Source: an uncultured Verrucomicrobiae bacterium (lineage in GTDB: Bacteria > Verrucomicrobiota > Verrucomicrobiia > Limisphaerales > Palsa-1400). Taken from it: 64,000 nt of DNA. A model generated the notes under the pieces. The model did no database searches and had not been told where the DNA came from. It saw nothing but the letters and a program-made list of their open reading frames with translations. Numbering within the stretch: position 1 is the first letter of the stretch; each line of letters opens with the position of its first letter. The position numbers were made by a program, and so were the translations under genes. Below are positions 51,511 to 60,372 of the stretch, in pieces. The stretch spans positions 160,001 through 224,000 of the forward strand of contig CAVPOM010000015.1 of NCBI GenBank assembly GCA_963707025.1, read 5' to 3'.

Positions 51511-52727
51511 GTGCAATTCAAACGCTTCATCATCATCGGCGGCGGCATCGTCGGGCTGGCCTCGGCGCTCAAGCTGGCCGCGCGCTTTCCCGGTTCCCAC
51601 GCAGTTGTGCTGGAAAAGGAGGGCGACGTGGGGCGGCACCAATCGGGCAACAACAGCGGGGTGCTGCACGCCGGGCTGTATTACAAGCCCGGCTCCTTGA
51701 AGGCCCGCCTGGCGGTGGCGGGAATTCAGGAAATGACGGCCTTCTGCCGGGACAACGGCATTGCCCATGAGATTTGCGGCAAGCTGGTGGTGGCGGTGGA
51801 CGAAAGCGAATTGGGGCGGCTGCACCATCTTTATGAGCGCGGCCAGGAGAATGGGTTGAAGGGTTTGCGATTATTGAATCGCGGGCAGATGCGGGAGATC
51901 GAGCCGCACGCCGGCGGCATCGCCGCACTGCATGTGCCGCAGGAAGGAATTGTTGACTATACCGGGGTTTGCCGGGTCATGGCGCGGCAAATCGAAGAGG
52001 GCGGGGGGCGGGTGGCCACGCGCGCCAGGGTCATTGGCCTGCGGGAGCAGTCCGGCGGCTGGATCGTGCAGACCACGGCGGGGGACTGGGAGGCGGATTA
52101 TGTGGTTAATTGCGGGGGCTTGCATAGCGACCGGGTCGCGGCATTGGCGGGGGAGAAACGGGAGGTGCGCATCGTTCCCTTCCGCGGCGAGTATTTCAAA
52201 ATCAAGCCGGAGCGGCAATTCCTGGTGCGGAACCTGATCTACCCGGTGCCCGATCCGCAGTTTCCATTTTTGGGGGTTCATTTTACGCGGCTGATCCAGG
52301 GGGGGTGGAAGCCGGGCCGAACGCGGTGCTGGCTTTTGCCCGCGAAGGCTATGGGAAGACCGATCTCAATCCGCTGGACCTGTACGACGCGCTGAGTTTT
52401 TCGGGATTGTGGAGATTTCTGAACAAACACCGGGCCATGAGTTGGGCGGAAATGAAAAGATCATTCAGCCGCCGGTTGTTTTGCCAGGCGCTGCAACGGC
52501 TGGTGCCGGAAATCCGCCTGGAAGACCTGAGGCCCGGCGGCGCGGGGGTGCGCGCGCAGGCCATGTCGCCGCAGGGGGAGTTGATCCATGATTTCAGCCT
52601 GGTGCGCCGTCCGCGCGCGCTGCATGTGTTGAACGCGCCGAGTCCGGCGGCCACGGCGGCACTGGCCATCGGCGGGCAGATCGCGGAATTTGTGGCGGAT
52701 GGAAACGCCTTTGGCCCTGGCCATTGA
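51511..52727 (+). CDS. lhgO: L-2-hydroxyglutarate oxidase (frameshift in the G7 run at 52299-52305)
   Basis: IGGGIVG, HQSGNNSGVLHAGLYY, YPVPDPQFPFLGVHFT | EAGPNAV, GVRAQA, NAPSPAATA. One additional G restores the frame. Confidence 0.9.
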
Positions 52728-52754
52728 ACCGGGTTCATAAACAACCACCCCCGT

Positions 52755-52838
52755 CTGCAAATTCGTGCTGAATCAACAACCATTAAAGAAGTGAGAATTG
52801 TGCCGCCGGAGGTTTTCCGCGATGCGCGAGGGTCTTAA
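52755..52838 (+). pseudogene. 5' remnant of an RmlC/RfbC-like dTDP-sugar 3,5-epimerase
   Basis: Translates LQIRAESTTIKEVRIVPPEVFRDARGS*, matching the RmlC N-terminal pattern T.I..V.I..P.VF.D.RG. Confidence 0.55.
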
Positions 52839-52907
52839 TGGCCGGAACGCCAAATCCCGCCCGCCGTGCAGCGGGTGGGATGACTCCCGCGGCGGGTCTT
52901 TTCTTGA

Positions 52908-54113
52908 TCAAGGCGCCGTCAGGCGGAAGAAGGAGTTGGCGCTCGATTCGGGAAGGATCACCTCGCATTGACAGTTGACGAGTTCCGGCACGTTGGTCAC
53001 ATTGCTCCAGGTCGCCCCGTTCGAGGTCGGGTTGTATTGGAGCCTGTAGCCTGCGGCGGCGGATGGCCAGGTGAGAACCACCGTATTGGTGCCGGTGATG
53101 GCGATCCCCAGAGAGGGCTGCGGCGCAAATTGGACATTGAGCGTTTCCCAGTAGATTTGGTAGTATTGACCCTGGCCGCTGGAATAGGTGGCGTCATAAT
53201 TGATGTTCTGGGAAACGTGGAAGATGCCGTGGGGGCGGCCCGGGGTTGTGCCCCAGGAATTGACCATAATCCAGGTTGGTCCGGCCGGATCCGTGTCGTC
53301 GTAACCCACACAGAGCGCGGCATGCGCGCCGCCGGAGGAGGTCCACCGCCCGCCGCAATCGAAATTGGTCCATTGGGCGCTTTCAGGCTGATTCTCCCAA
53401 AAATCATCAAAATTATTCCAGTCCGTTTCGGTTGGCATGTAGAAGGCGAACCAAACGGCCATGTTCTGGTTCAAAACGGCTTTGATGTTGGCGATGGCCT
53501 GGGCCTGGCTGACGCCCCAGGTGGGAATGGTGGTCGCGGACACGCTGAGGATGGGAAATTGCGGCGCGGTGGCGATGCTGCCGCAGGCGGCGCCGCCTTC
53601 TCCTGAGCTGCTGGACCAGACTCCGTTGGTGTTGTTCCAAGGAACGGCAAAGCCTTCGTAGGAGTAGAATTGCGCCACGTTAGCCAGCCAGCCACCGTCG
53701 CAGAGATTGACGAAGGGGTTGCAGGAATTGAGCAACTGCACCGACAGCCGGCTGGCCACCCCGTTCTGGACGTTATGCGCAATCTCCATCACCCCCGTGC
53801 CTGCCCACGCCCAGCAATTTCCGCACTCCCCCTGGTCGCGATCCGCGGGAATATAGGGCAGCCAGGAGAGCAGGCTCAGGGAGGGCGGGTAGTTCGGGAG
53901 GAGGATGGTACCGACCGGCACGTTTGGCGTGGCCTCGGCCTTGAGGTGGCTGACCAACATTTGTGTCATCTGATCCGGGGTCAGTCGCATCAAGGGGTGG
54001 CGCCCGGACGCGGCAGGCTGGGCGGATAGGGCCGTCACACAAACCGCTGTCAAACAGGAGAAGATGATCGCCTTGGCCCGGAGGGAGGCGCCGCGTTGTC
54101 CGAATTGAATCAA
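52908..54113 (-). CDS. Secreted papain-family (C1A) cysteine peptidase with a conserved C-terminal domain; start uncertain
   Basis: Signal ending VTALSA; DQGECGNCWAW, GAHAALCVGYDD, VNSWG; C-terminal VLTWP...YRLQY...W...FFRL. Confidence 0.9.
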   Translation of the reverse strand: MIQFGQRGASLRAKAIIFSCLTAVCVTALSAQPAASGRHPLMRLTPDQMTQMLVSHLKAEATPNVPVGTILLPNYPPSLSLLSWLPYIPADRDQGECGNCWAWAGTGVMEIAHNVQNGVASRLSVQLLNSCNPFVNLCDGGWLANVAQFYSYEGFAVPWNNTNGVWSSSSGEGGAACGSIATAPQFPILSVSATTIPTWGVSQAQAIANIKAVLNQNMAVWFAFYMPTETDWNNFDDFWENQPESAQWTNFDCGGRWTSSGGAHAALCVGYDDTDPAGPTWIMVNSWGTTPGRPHGIFHVSQNINYDATYSSGQGQYYQIYWETLNVQFAPQPSLGIAITGTNTVVLTWPSAAAGYRLQYNPTSNGATWSNVTNVPELVNCQCEVILPESSANSFFRLTAP

Positions 54114-54698
54114 GTTTTTAATCCAGTGTAAGTGTTGAAGTTTCCATCGTGCCAGGTGGCAACCAGCGCGTCTCTTAAGCGATCAGGCCGGCAAAACCGG
54201 CCACCGGAGCCTTTCGATGAGGACGCCCTGCTGCCGCACCGGCGCCGTCGGGCTTGTCGTTCCGTCCGAAAGAATCCTCCACTTTGGTCCGTTGCCCGTT
54301 GGGCTTTACCGGCGCGGTCCAGGCGGGGCGGTTGGGCATCGTGTCAATCGTCCCGATCCTTGGGAAAGGCAGCGCTGGTTGCGAAAAACAAGGTCCAAGG
54401 TTATTAAGTCCAAACATAATTCCATCAAGTCACTAATTCCCGGCACGACCCGCCTCAACGTGTCCCATTTTCGGACGATGTGTCTCATTTTAAACAACTT
54501 CGACAGATAAGCATGTTACGTGCCTATTGCAAGTGCGAAATCCATGGGAGTCGCTGCGGTCCAGCTCAGGAGGCTATTGAAAGTTGTAATCATCTGAAAG
54601 CAATTGACTTACGACATAAAAAGCATGTGACCGATCTGGAAACAGGATGGGCGCAGCATGGGAAATGCGACCTTTCAGCCCTTTCTTCGCGCAAGTAA

Positions 54699-54776
54699 GA
54701 TGCGGACGATATCATCCAGGCCATTCGTGACGTTCCCGAGCGCCATATTTACGCCGGTGAAGAAGTCCTGGAGAGC
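54699..54776 (+). pseudogene. Fragment of a NarL-type response regulator (end of REC domain and linker)
   Basis: Start-less frame DADDIIQAIRDVPERHIYAGEEVLES resembles PEELIRAIRQVFSNQIYVSEEVSE of the regulator at 44477-45148. Confidence 0.45.
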
Positions 54777-54963
54777 ACCCAGGCGGGCGGCGAAGCAGGC
54801 CTGCCGAGGAGGAAGCTCGCCCGCAGGATCATCCCGCCGGACACAATCAGGGGCTGTGAAGCGGGATTATTCAGGGTTATGGCCATATAACAAAAGCAGC
54901 CTGATTTCATACCCGGGAGTGAGACCAGATTGGGTCCGGTTGATTTTGGAGCGGAGGCGTCAT

Positions 54964-56076
54964 TTACGATCGGGACGCGCCCATGAATTGGCGAATGACG
55001 GCGACCACATAGTCCGCCTGGGCATCGGTCAGTTCCGGATAGATGGGCAGCGGGAGAATTTTGCGGGAGATTTGTTCAGCGACCGGAAAATCACCGGAGC
55101 GAAAGCCCAAATCGGCATAGACTTTTTGGAGGTGAAGCGGCAGCGGATAATAGATGAGCGTGGCCACGCCCTGGTCGGCGAGGTGTTTTTGCAGGGCGTC
55201 GCGCTCTTCGCTGAGAACGGCATAGACGTGGAAGACATGCGTGTTGCCAGGGGCGGTGAGGGCAAGCTGGAGGGGAAGATCCCGCAAGCCGGCGGTGTAG
55301 CGGCGGGCGATGGCCACGCGGCGTTCGTTCCAGAGGCGCAAGTGCGGGAGTTTGACGCGCAGAATCGCCGCTTGCAACTCGTCCAGGCGGCTGTTGTAGC
55401 CGTGCAAGTCGTGGTAATAACGCCGCTCCATCCCATGCACGCGCAACATGCGCAAGGTGCGGGCCAGCGCCTCATCGCTTGTCACCACCATGCCGCCGTC
55501 CCCGCCGGCACCCAGATTCTTGGTCGGGTAAAAACTGAAGCAACCGAGCCGCCCGAATTGTCCGACCGGCTGGCCGGCAAAGGTCGCGCCAATGGCCTGG
55601 GCGCAATCTTCCACCAGAGCCAGGCCGTGCTTTTGGGCCAGGGCCTGAAGTTCCGCCAGAGGCGCAGCCTGTCCAAAAAGATGGACGGGAATAATGGCCC
55701 GTGTCCGCGAGGTGATTCTGCGGGCCACGTCAGCAGGGGAAATTTGAAAGGTGGCGGCATCAATGTCCGCAAAGACCAGGCGCGCGCCGACCTGGCAAAT
55801 GGATTCCGCCGGGGCGATGTAAGTGAAGGGTGTGGTGATGACTTCATCGCCCGGCCCGATGTCCAGGGCGCGCAGGGCCAGAGTGAGGGCGTCGGAACCG
55901 GAATTCACGCCAATGCCGAACTTGGTTTGAGTCAAGGCGGCGATCTCCTGTTCCAAGGCGGCGACATTGGGACCGAGGATATAATGGCCGCCGGCCAAAG
56001 CGCGTTGGACCACCGGCAAAAGCTCCGCCTGCAGCGACTGGTATTGCGCGGCCAGGTTTAAGAACGGGACGTTCAT
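54964..56076 (-). CDS. DegT/DnrJ/EryC1/StrS-family sugar aminotransferase
   Basis: VNSGSDAL, PVHLFGQ, EDCAQA, SFYPTKNLG, GYNSRLDELQAA. Confidence 0.93.
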   Translation of the reverse strand: MNVPFLNLAAQYQSLQAELLPVVQRALAGGHYILGPNVAALEQEIAALTQTKFGIGVNSGSDALTLALRALDIGPGDEVITTPFTYIAPAESICQVGARLVFADIDAATFQISPADVARRITSRTRAIIPVHLFGQAAPLAELQALAQKHGLALVEDCAQAIGATFAGQPVGQFGRLGCFSFYPTKNLGAGGDGGMVVTSDEALARTLRMLRVHGMERRYYHDLHGYNSRLDELQAAILRVKLPHLRLWNERRVAIARRYTAGLRDLPLQLALTAPGNTHVFHVYAVLSEERDALQKHLADQGVATLIYYPLPLHLQKVYADLGFRSGDFPVAEQISRKILPLPIYPELTDAQADYVVAVIRQFMGASRS

Positions 56077-56240
56077 CAATTTGTCATTTGGTTGCCGCCA
56101 GAGCATGAAGGCTGCTGACCGTAAATAAAGAAAAAATGGCGGGGAAAATCAGGTGGGGAGAGGAAGTGGCCGGTTGGACCGGAAGTGGGCGGCAGAATCC
56201 CCTGATGCAAAACGAAGGTTTGTTTGACTTTTATTTCATC

Positions 56241-56269
56241 TTTTCTTCAGCCCCAAAAGAGGCTATACT
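56241..56269 (+). promoter_or_regulatory. Putative sigma70 promoter of DUF1573 copy 1 (near-leaderless)
   Basis: TTTTCT-N17-TATACT, 9 nt before the ATG. Confidence 0.5.
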
Positions 56270-56278
56270 GGACCCCAG

Positions 56279-57628
56279 ATGAAGTCGTTCATTCGTTTTG
56301 CCTTGATGCTGGCCGGCAGCGCGGCCATCCCGGCTTCCTTGACCGCCCAACCATCGGGCGGGGTGGCGGGGGCGCCTCCCGCGCCCGCCGCCTTCTCCAC
56401 CAATGGCCAGGAATTTCCTTCCAATAGTGTGGACTCTAGTTTTTTTCCTCCCGCGCCTTTTGCCATCTCGACCAACGGGCTGGGAGCCAGGATTCAATTC
56501 AACACCGAAAACCACGATGCCGGCACCAACCTGGCCGGGGACCCGATCCGATACACCTTCCTGGTCACCAACACCGGGGATGAAATGCTCGTTCTGAGCA
56601 ACGTGCATGCCGGTTGCGGTTGCACCATCGTCGGCGGCACCACGCCCGCCGCCCTCACCCCGGAAGGGGGAACTGTGCCCGCCGCCACCACCACTTGGAC
56701 CCACCAAATTGCCCCGGGCCAAACTGGCATTATCCCGGTTCAGATCATCACCAGCAGCCTTCGGGGACAGATTAACAAGAACGTCACCGTGACTTCCAAT
56801 GACCGGACGCGCCCCAACGTGGACCTTCACATCAGCGGCGTGGTCTGGCTGCCCATCGAGGTCGCGCCCACCATGGCCTCTTTCAGCCTCATGCCGGACG
56901 CGACCAACCTGAACACCCAGGTGCTCAGAATCTTCAACCGGATGCAAACGCCACTCACCCTTTCCGACCCGCAGAGCAACACCAACGCCTTCTCCGCCGT
57001 CCTCAAGACCAATCTTCCCGGGCAGGAGTTTGAATTGACGGTCACGGCGGCGCCCTCTTTCCACTTGCCGCCCTCTCTCGGCATGACGGTCATTCAGGGA
57101 CAGATCGCCCTGAAAGCTTCCGCCACCAACATGAATCCCCTCAAGATCAGCGTTTTTGAGACCATCTACCCGGAGATCACGATTTTCCCGCCCAACATCC
57201 AATTGCCCGCCGGACCACTGGCCCAGCCCAGCACAAGCCACCTCCACATCCGCGGCAACGCCGCCAATTTGACGCTGTCCGACCCCGTGGTGAACGCGCC
57301 CGGAGTGGAGGTTGCGGTCAAGGTGTTGCAAACCAACCGTCAATACTATCTTGACATTGTTCTTCCCGCCGGCTTTGAAGCCCGCACCAACCGGAACCTC
57401 GTGCTGACCGTCAAGACCGACAACCCGCGCTTCCCCACGATCAGCGTCCCGGTCACGCCCGTGCCGGGCATGGCGCAACCGGTGCGGTCTCCGGTTCCGG
57501 CTCCGCCCGTGCGGACCAGCCTCCTGTCCCTTGGCGCCCGGGCCGGCCTGGCCGCCCCGGCGGCGGTCACCAACGCCCCGGCCTCATTGCCCAACCCGGC
57601 CCTGCGCGCCAACCCCCTTCAGCCCTGA
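56279..57628 (+). CDS. Exported DUF1573-domain protein with further Ig-like domains (paralog 1)
   Basis: Signal peptide; YTFLVTNTGDEMLVLSNVHAGCGCT; IAPGQTG; KNVTVTSND. Confidence 0.85.
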   Translation: MKSFIRFALMLAGSAAIPASLTAQPSGGVAGAPPAPAAFSTNGQEFPSNSVDSSFFPPAPFAISTNGLGARIQFNTENHDAGTNLAGDPIRYTFLVTNTGDEMLVLSNVHAGCGCTIVGGTTPAALTPEGGTVPAATTTWTHQIAPGQTGIIPVQIITSSLRGQINKNVTVTSNDRTRPNVDLHISGVVWLPIEVAPTMASFSLMPDATNLNTQVLRIFNRMQTPLTLSDPQSNTNAFSAVLKTNLPGQEFELTVTAAPSFHLPPSLGMTVIQGQIALKASATNMNPLKISVFETIYPEITIFPPNIQLPAGPLAQPSTSHLHIRGNAANLTLSDPVVNAPGVEVAVKVLQTNRQYYLDIVLPAGFEARTNRNLVLTVKTDNPRFPTISVPVTPVPGMAQPVRSPVPAPPVRTSLLSLGARAGLAAPAAVTNAPASLPNPALRANPLQP

Positions 57629-57710
57629 AGCGGCGGCCCAGCGCCTTCGGCCGCCGGCCTTGCATGCCGCGGGAACGGGCCGCCCGGAGCGGAACCGCCC
57701 CCTTCCCCCT

Positions 57711-57739
57711 TTTACTTCCGCTGGAAAGGAGGCTATAAT
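57711..57739 (+). promoter_or_regulatory. Putative sigma70 promoter of DUF1573 copy 2 - rhodanese - MauE
   Basis: TTTACT-N17-TATAAT, 12 nt before the ATG. Confidence 0.6.
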
Positions 57740-57751
57740 CAATGCCACAAC

Positions 57752-58960
57752 ATGAAATCGTTCCTGCGATTTGCCCCGATCCTGGCCGGCACTTTGGCCG
57801 CCTCTGCATTTTTGCGCGCCCAGACGCCTCCGGCCCCCGCCGCGGCCACAAATCATGCCGGACCCGCCATCCAGTTCAACACCGAGAACTACGACTTTGG
57901 CAAAATCCTGGCCGGCGATCCCGTCAAATATACCTTTGTGGCGACCAACACCGGGGATGACACCCTGGAAATCAGCAACGCCAGGGGATCCTGCGCTTGC
58001 ACGGTGGTGGGCGAGGGTTCGGCCAAAAACGCCTGGACCCTGCAAAGAGTTGCGCCCGGCCAAACCTGCCGGATCCCCGTCGAAATCGCCACTTCCAACT
58101 ACGGCGCCCAGACCATCGCCAAATTCGTCACCGTGACTTCCAATGCCAAGGCGCGCCCATTGGTCAACCTGCAGATTCACGGCAAGGTCTGGCTGCCCAT
58201 TGAGGTCAGCCCCGCCGCGGCGGTTTTCACTCTCGTGCCCGGCGCCGCCACCAGCAACACCCAGGTCCTCAAAATCTTCAATCGGATGGAAAAGCCGCTC
58301 ACCCTTTCCGACCCGCAAAGCACCACCAACGCCTTCTCCGCCGTCCTCAAGACCAATCTTGCCGGCCAGGAGTTCGAATTGGCGGTCACGGCGGCGCCCC
58401 TTTCCAATCGGCCGCCCGTTTTCAGCACGACCCTGATTCAAGGGGGAATCTCGCTGAAATCTTCCGCCAGCAATATGAATCCCTTCAAGATCAGCGTTCT
58501 GGAGACCATCTACCCGGAGATCGTGGTTTACCCGGCCAGCATCCAGTTGCCCCCCGGACCGCTGGCCCAGGCCAACACCAACCATGTCACCATTCGCGGC
58601 AACTCCACCAATTTGATCCTGTCCGACCCCGGCGCGAATGTCCCCGGCGTGGAGATGTCCGTCACTGTGGTCCAGACCAATCGTCAATACTATCTGTCCG
58701 TGGTCTTTCCCAAGGGGTTCGAAGCCCGCACCAACCAGGACCTCGTCCTCACCGTCAAGACCGACCACCCGGGTTTTCCGGTCCTGAGCATCCCGGTCAC
58801 CCCCATGCAGACCGTCATCAACAGCCTGGCGGCCATCCCTCCGCCCAGGCGGACCAACGTTCTTCCGGCCTCCATTCTGGCCAACGTCCCGACGAATTCC
58901 CCAGGCGCCCCGGCCCCATCGCCCAATCCAGCCTTGCGCGCCAACCCACCTCACCCGTGA
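57752..58960 (+). CDS. Exported DUF1573-domain protein (paralog 2)
   Basis: Signal peptide; YDFGKI...FVATNTGDDTLEISNARGSCACT; colinear with paralog 1 through the final NPALRANP. Confidence 0.85.
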   Translation: MKSFLRFAPILAGTLAASAFLRAQTPPAPAAATNHAGPAIQFNTENYDFGKILAGDPVKYTFVATNTGDDTLEISNARGSCACTVVGEGSAKNAWTLQRVAPGQTCRIPVEIATSNYGAQTIAKFVTVTSNAKARPLVNLQIHGKVWLPIEVSPAAAVFTLVPGAATSNTQVLKIFNRMEKPLTLSDPQSTTNAFSAVLKTNLAGQEFELAVTAAPLSNRPPVFSTTLIQGGISLKSSASNMNPFKISVLETIYPEIVVYPASIQLPPGPLAQANTNHVTIRGNSTNLILSDPGANVPGVEMSVTVVQTNRQYYLSVVFPKGFEARTNQDLVLTVKTDHPGFPVLSIPVTPMQTVINSLAAIPPPRRTNVLPASILANVPTNSPGAPAPSPNPALRANPPHP

Positions 58961-59012
58961 AGACATTGCTTCTGCCAGACCGGCCGCCAACGGGAACAGG
59001 AACCGCCGGATT

Positions 59013-59678
59013 ATGATGGATAACCCGGCTCAACCAGCGTCGCGCGGCTGCGGGTGTCAACTGGGCAGGATCCTGCGCGAAGCCGTGATCGTGGGCGCGC
59101 TCGGCCTCGGCTTCGCCTTTTTGGCCAACCAATTCTCCCCGCGCGGCCTCAATCCGGCCAGAAACTACTTTCCCGGCGGCGCCAAGGCTTCCGCCGTGGC
59201 GCGGCCCGCCATCGTGCCGTCCGGAGCCTCAGGCCCGACCAACGCGTCCTCGCCCGCCGCCTTGCTCGCGGCGCGCCTTAAGGAAAATGGGCTGCATCTC
59301 CTGGAACGCGCCGGGGTGGAAAAACTGTTCCACGACCCTCGCCGGCAGCAGGACGCGATTATGTTTATTGACGCGCGCGACGAGGACGAATACCAGGCGG
59401 GCCACATCCCGGGCGCCTTTGAATTCTACCATTACCACCCCGACAAATACCTGGCGGACGTTCTCACGCCCTGCCAGCTCGCCGAGCAAATAATTGTTTA
59501 CTGCAACGGCGGCGACTGCGAAGACAGCGAGTCCGCCGCCCTGTTCCTGCGCGACCGGGGCGTCCCCGCCGGGAAACTTTTCATTTATGGCGGCGGCATG
59601 ACCGAGTGGGAGGCCGCCCGGCTGCCGGTGGAAAGCGGCCCGCGCAACAGCGGCAACATTCGCAACCCCGCCCCATGA
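59013..59678 (+). CDS. Membrane-anchored rhodanese-like protein
   Basis: N-terminal TM; FIDAR...YQAGHIPGA; active loop VYCNGGDC; YGGGMTEW. Confidence 0.9.
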   Translation: MMDNPAQPASRGCGCQLGRILREAVIVGALGLGFAFLANQFSPRGLNPARNYFPGGAKASAVARPAIVPSGASGPTNASSPAALLAARLKENGLHLLERAGVEKLFHDPRRQQDAIMFIDARDEDEYQAGHIPGAFEFYHYHPDKYLADVLTPCQLAEQIIVYCNGGDCEDSESAALFLRDRGVPAGKLFIYGGGMTEWEAARLPVESGPRNSGNIRNPAP

Positions 59679-60211
59679 AACGGCCCCTTCTGCCGGCCGG
59701 CTTGACCGCCCTGGACGCCGCCACCGTGCTGGCCCGCTGGCTCCTGGGCGGGCTTTTCATCTACCTGGGATGGCAGAAGGCGCTGCATCCGGAACTCTTC
59801 CTCAAGTTCGTGCGGGAATATCACCTGGTGCAGGGTCCCCTGGCCTTGAACTCAATCGCGATCAGCCTGCCCTGGTTCGAGATTTTTTGCGGCCTGCTCC
59901 TCCTGGCCGGCGTGGCGGTGCGCGGCACGGCTTTGCTCCTGGCCGCGATGCTGGCGGTCTTCACCGCCGTCCTCCTGCATCGCGCTCTGGGCCTGCAAGC
60001 GGCGCAGGCCATTGCATTTTGCGCGGTGAAATTTGACTGCGGCTGCGGCGGCGGGCCGGAGTTGATCTGCGCCAAGCTGCCGGAGAACATTGTCATGTTT
60101 GGCGCAAGCGTCTGGCTGCTGGCCGGGCGTGGCCGCGCTTTTTGCGCGCTTTACACATGGCCCTCGCGCTCCGGCCCGCCGCGCCCGGGTGCGCTTCACT
60201 TTTTTGGGTAG
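59675..60211 (+). CDS. MauE/DoxX-family redox-associated membrane protein
   Basis: ARWLLGGLFIYLGWQK, LPWFEIFCG, DCGC motif; about four TM segments; ATGA overlap with the rhodanese gene. Confidence 0.88.
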   Translation: MKRPLLPAGLTALDAATVLARWLLGGLFIYLGWQKALHPELFLKFVREYHLVQGPLALNSIAISLPWFEIFCGLLLLAGVAVRGTALLLAAMLAVFTAVLLHRALGLQAAQAIAFCAVKFDCGCGGGPELICAKLPENIVMFGASVWLLAGRGRAFCALYTWPSRSGPPRPGALHFFG

Positions 60212-60217
60212 CGGTTT

Positions 60218-60362
60218 CCTGCTCCTAATCCTAATCTTAATCTTGATCTTAATCCTGATCCTAACGGAGAGATTAAGATTAAGATTAGGATTAAGATTAA
60301 GATTAGGATTAAGATTAGGATTAAGATTAGGATTAAGATTAGGATTAAGATTAGGATTAAGA
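60218..60362. repeat. Inverted hexamer microsatellite: about 8 x CYTRAT, 5-nt spacer, 15 x GATTAR
   Basis: Units read directly; the left arm is the reverse complement of the right-arm unit; ends 10 nt before the trpS ATG. Confidence 0.95.
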
Positions 60363-60372
60363 ACTGACCAAC

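Noticed and set aside
54140..54170. sigma54 promoter for the protease (minus strand TGGCACG)
   Set aside because: The -24 element is good but there is no GC at the -12 position.
54175..54417. 80-aa ORF upstream of the protease, and other short ORFs in 54130-54700
   Set aside because: No recognisable motif, and overlapping alternatives on both strands are equally weak.
60218..60362. CRISPR array, telomere-like end, or the LILIL/RLRLGL ORF 60090-60968
   Set aside because: No unique spacers and no cas genes; the repeat is internal; the ORF is a translation of the microsatellite and overlaps mauE and trpS out of frame.
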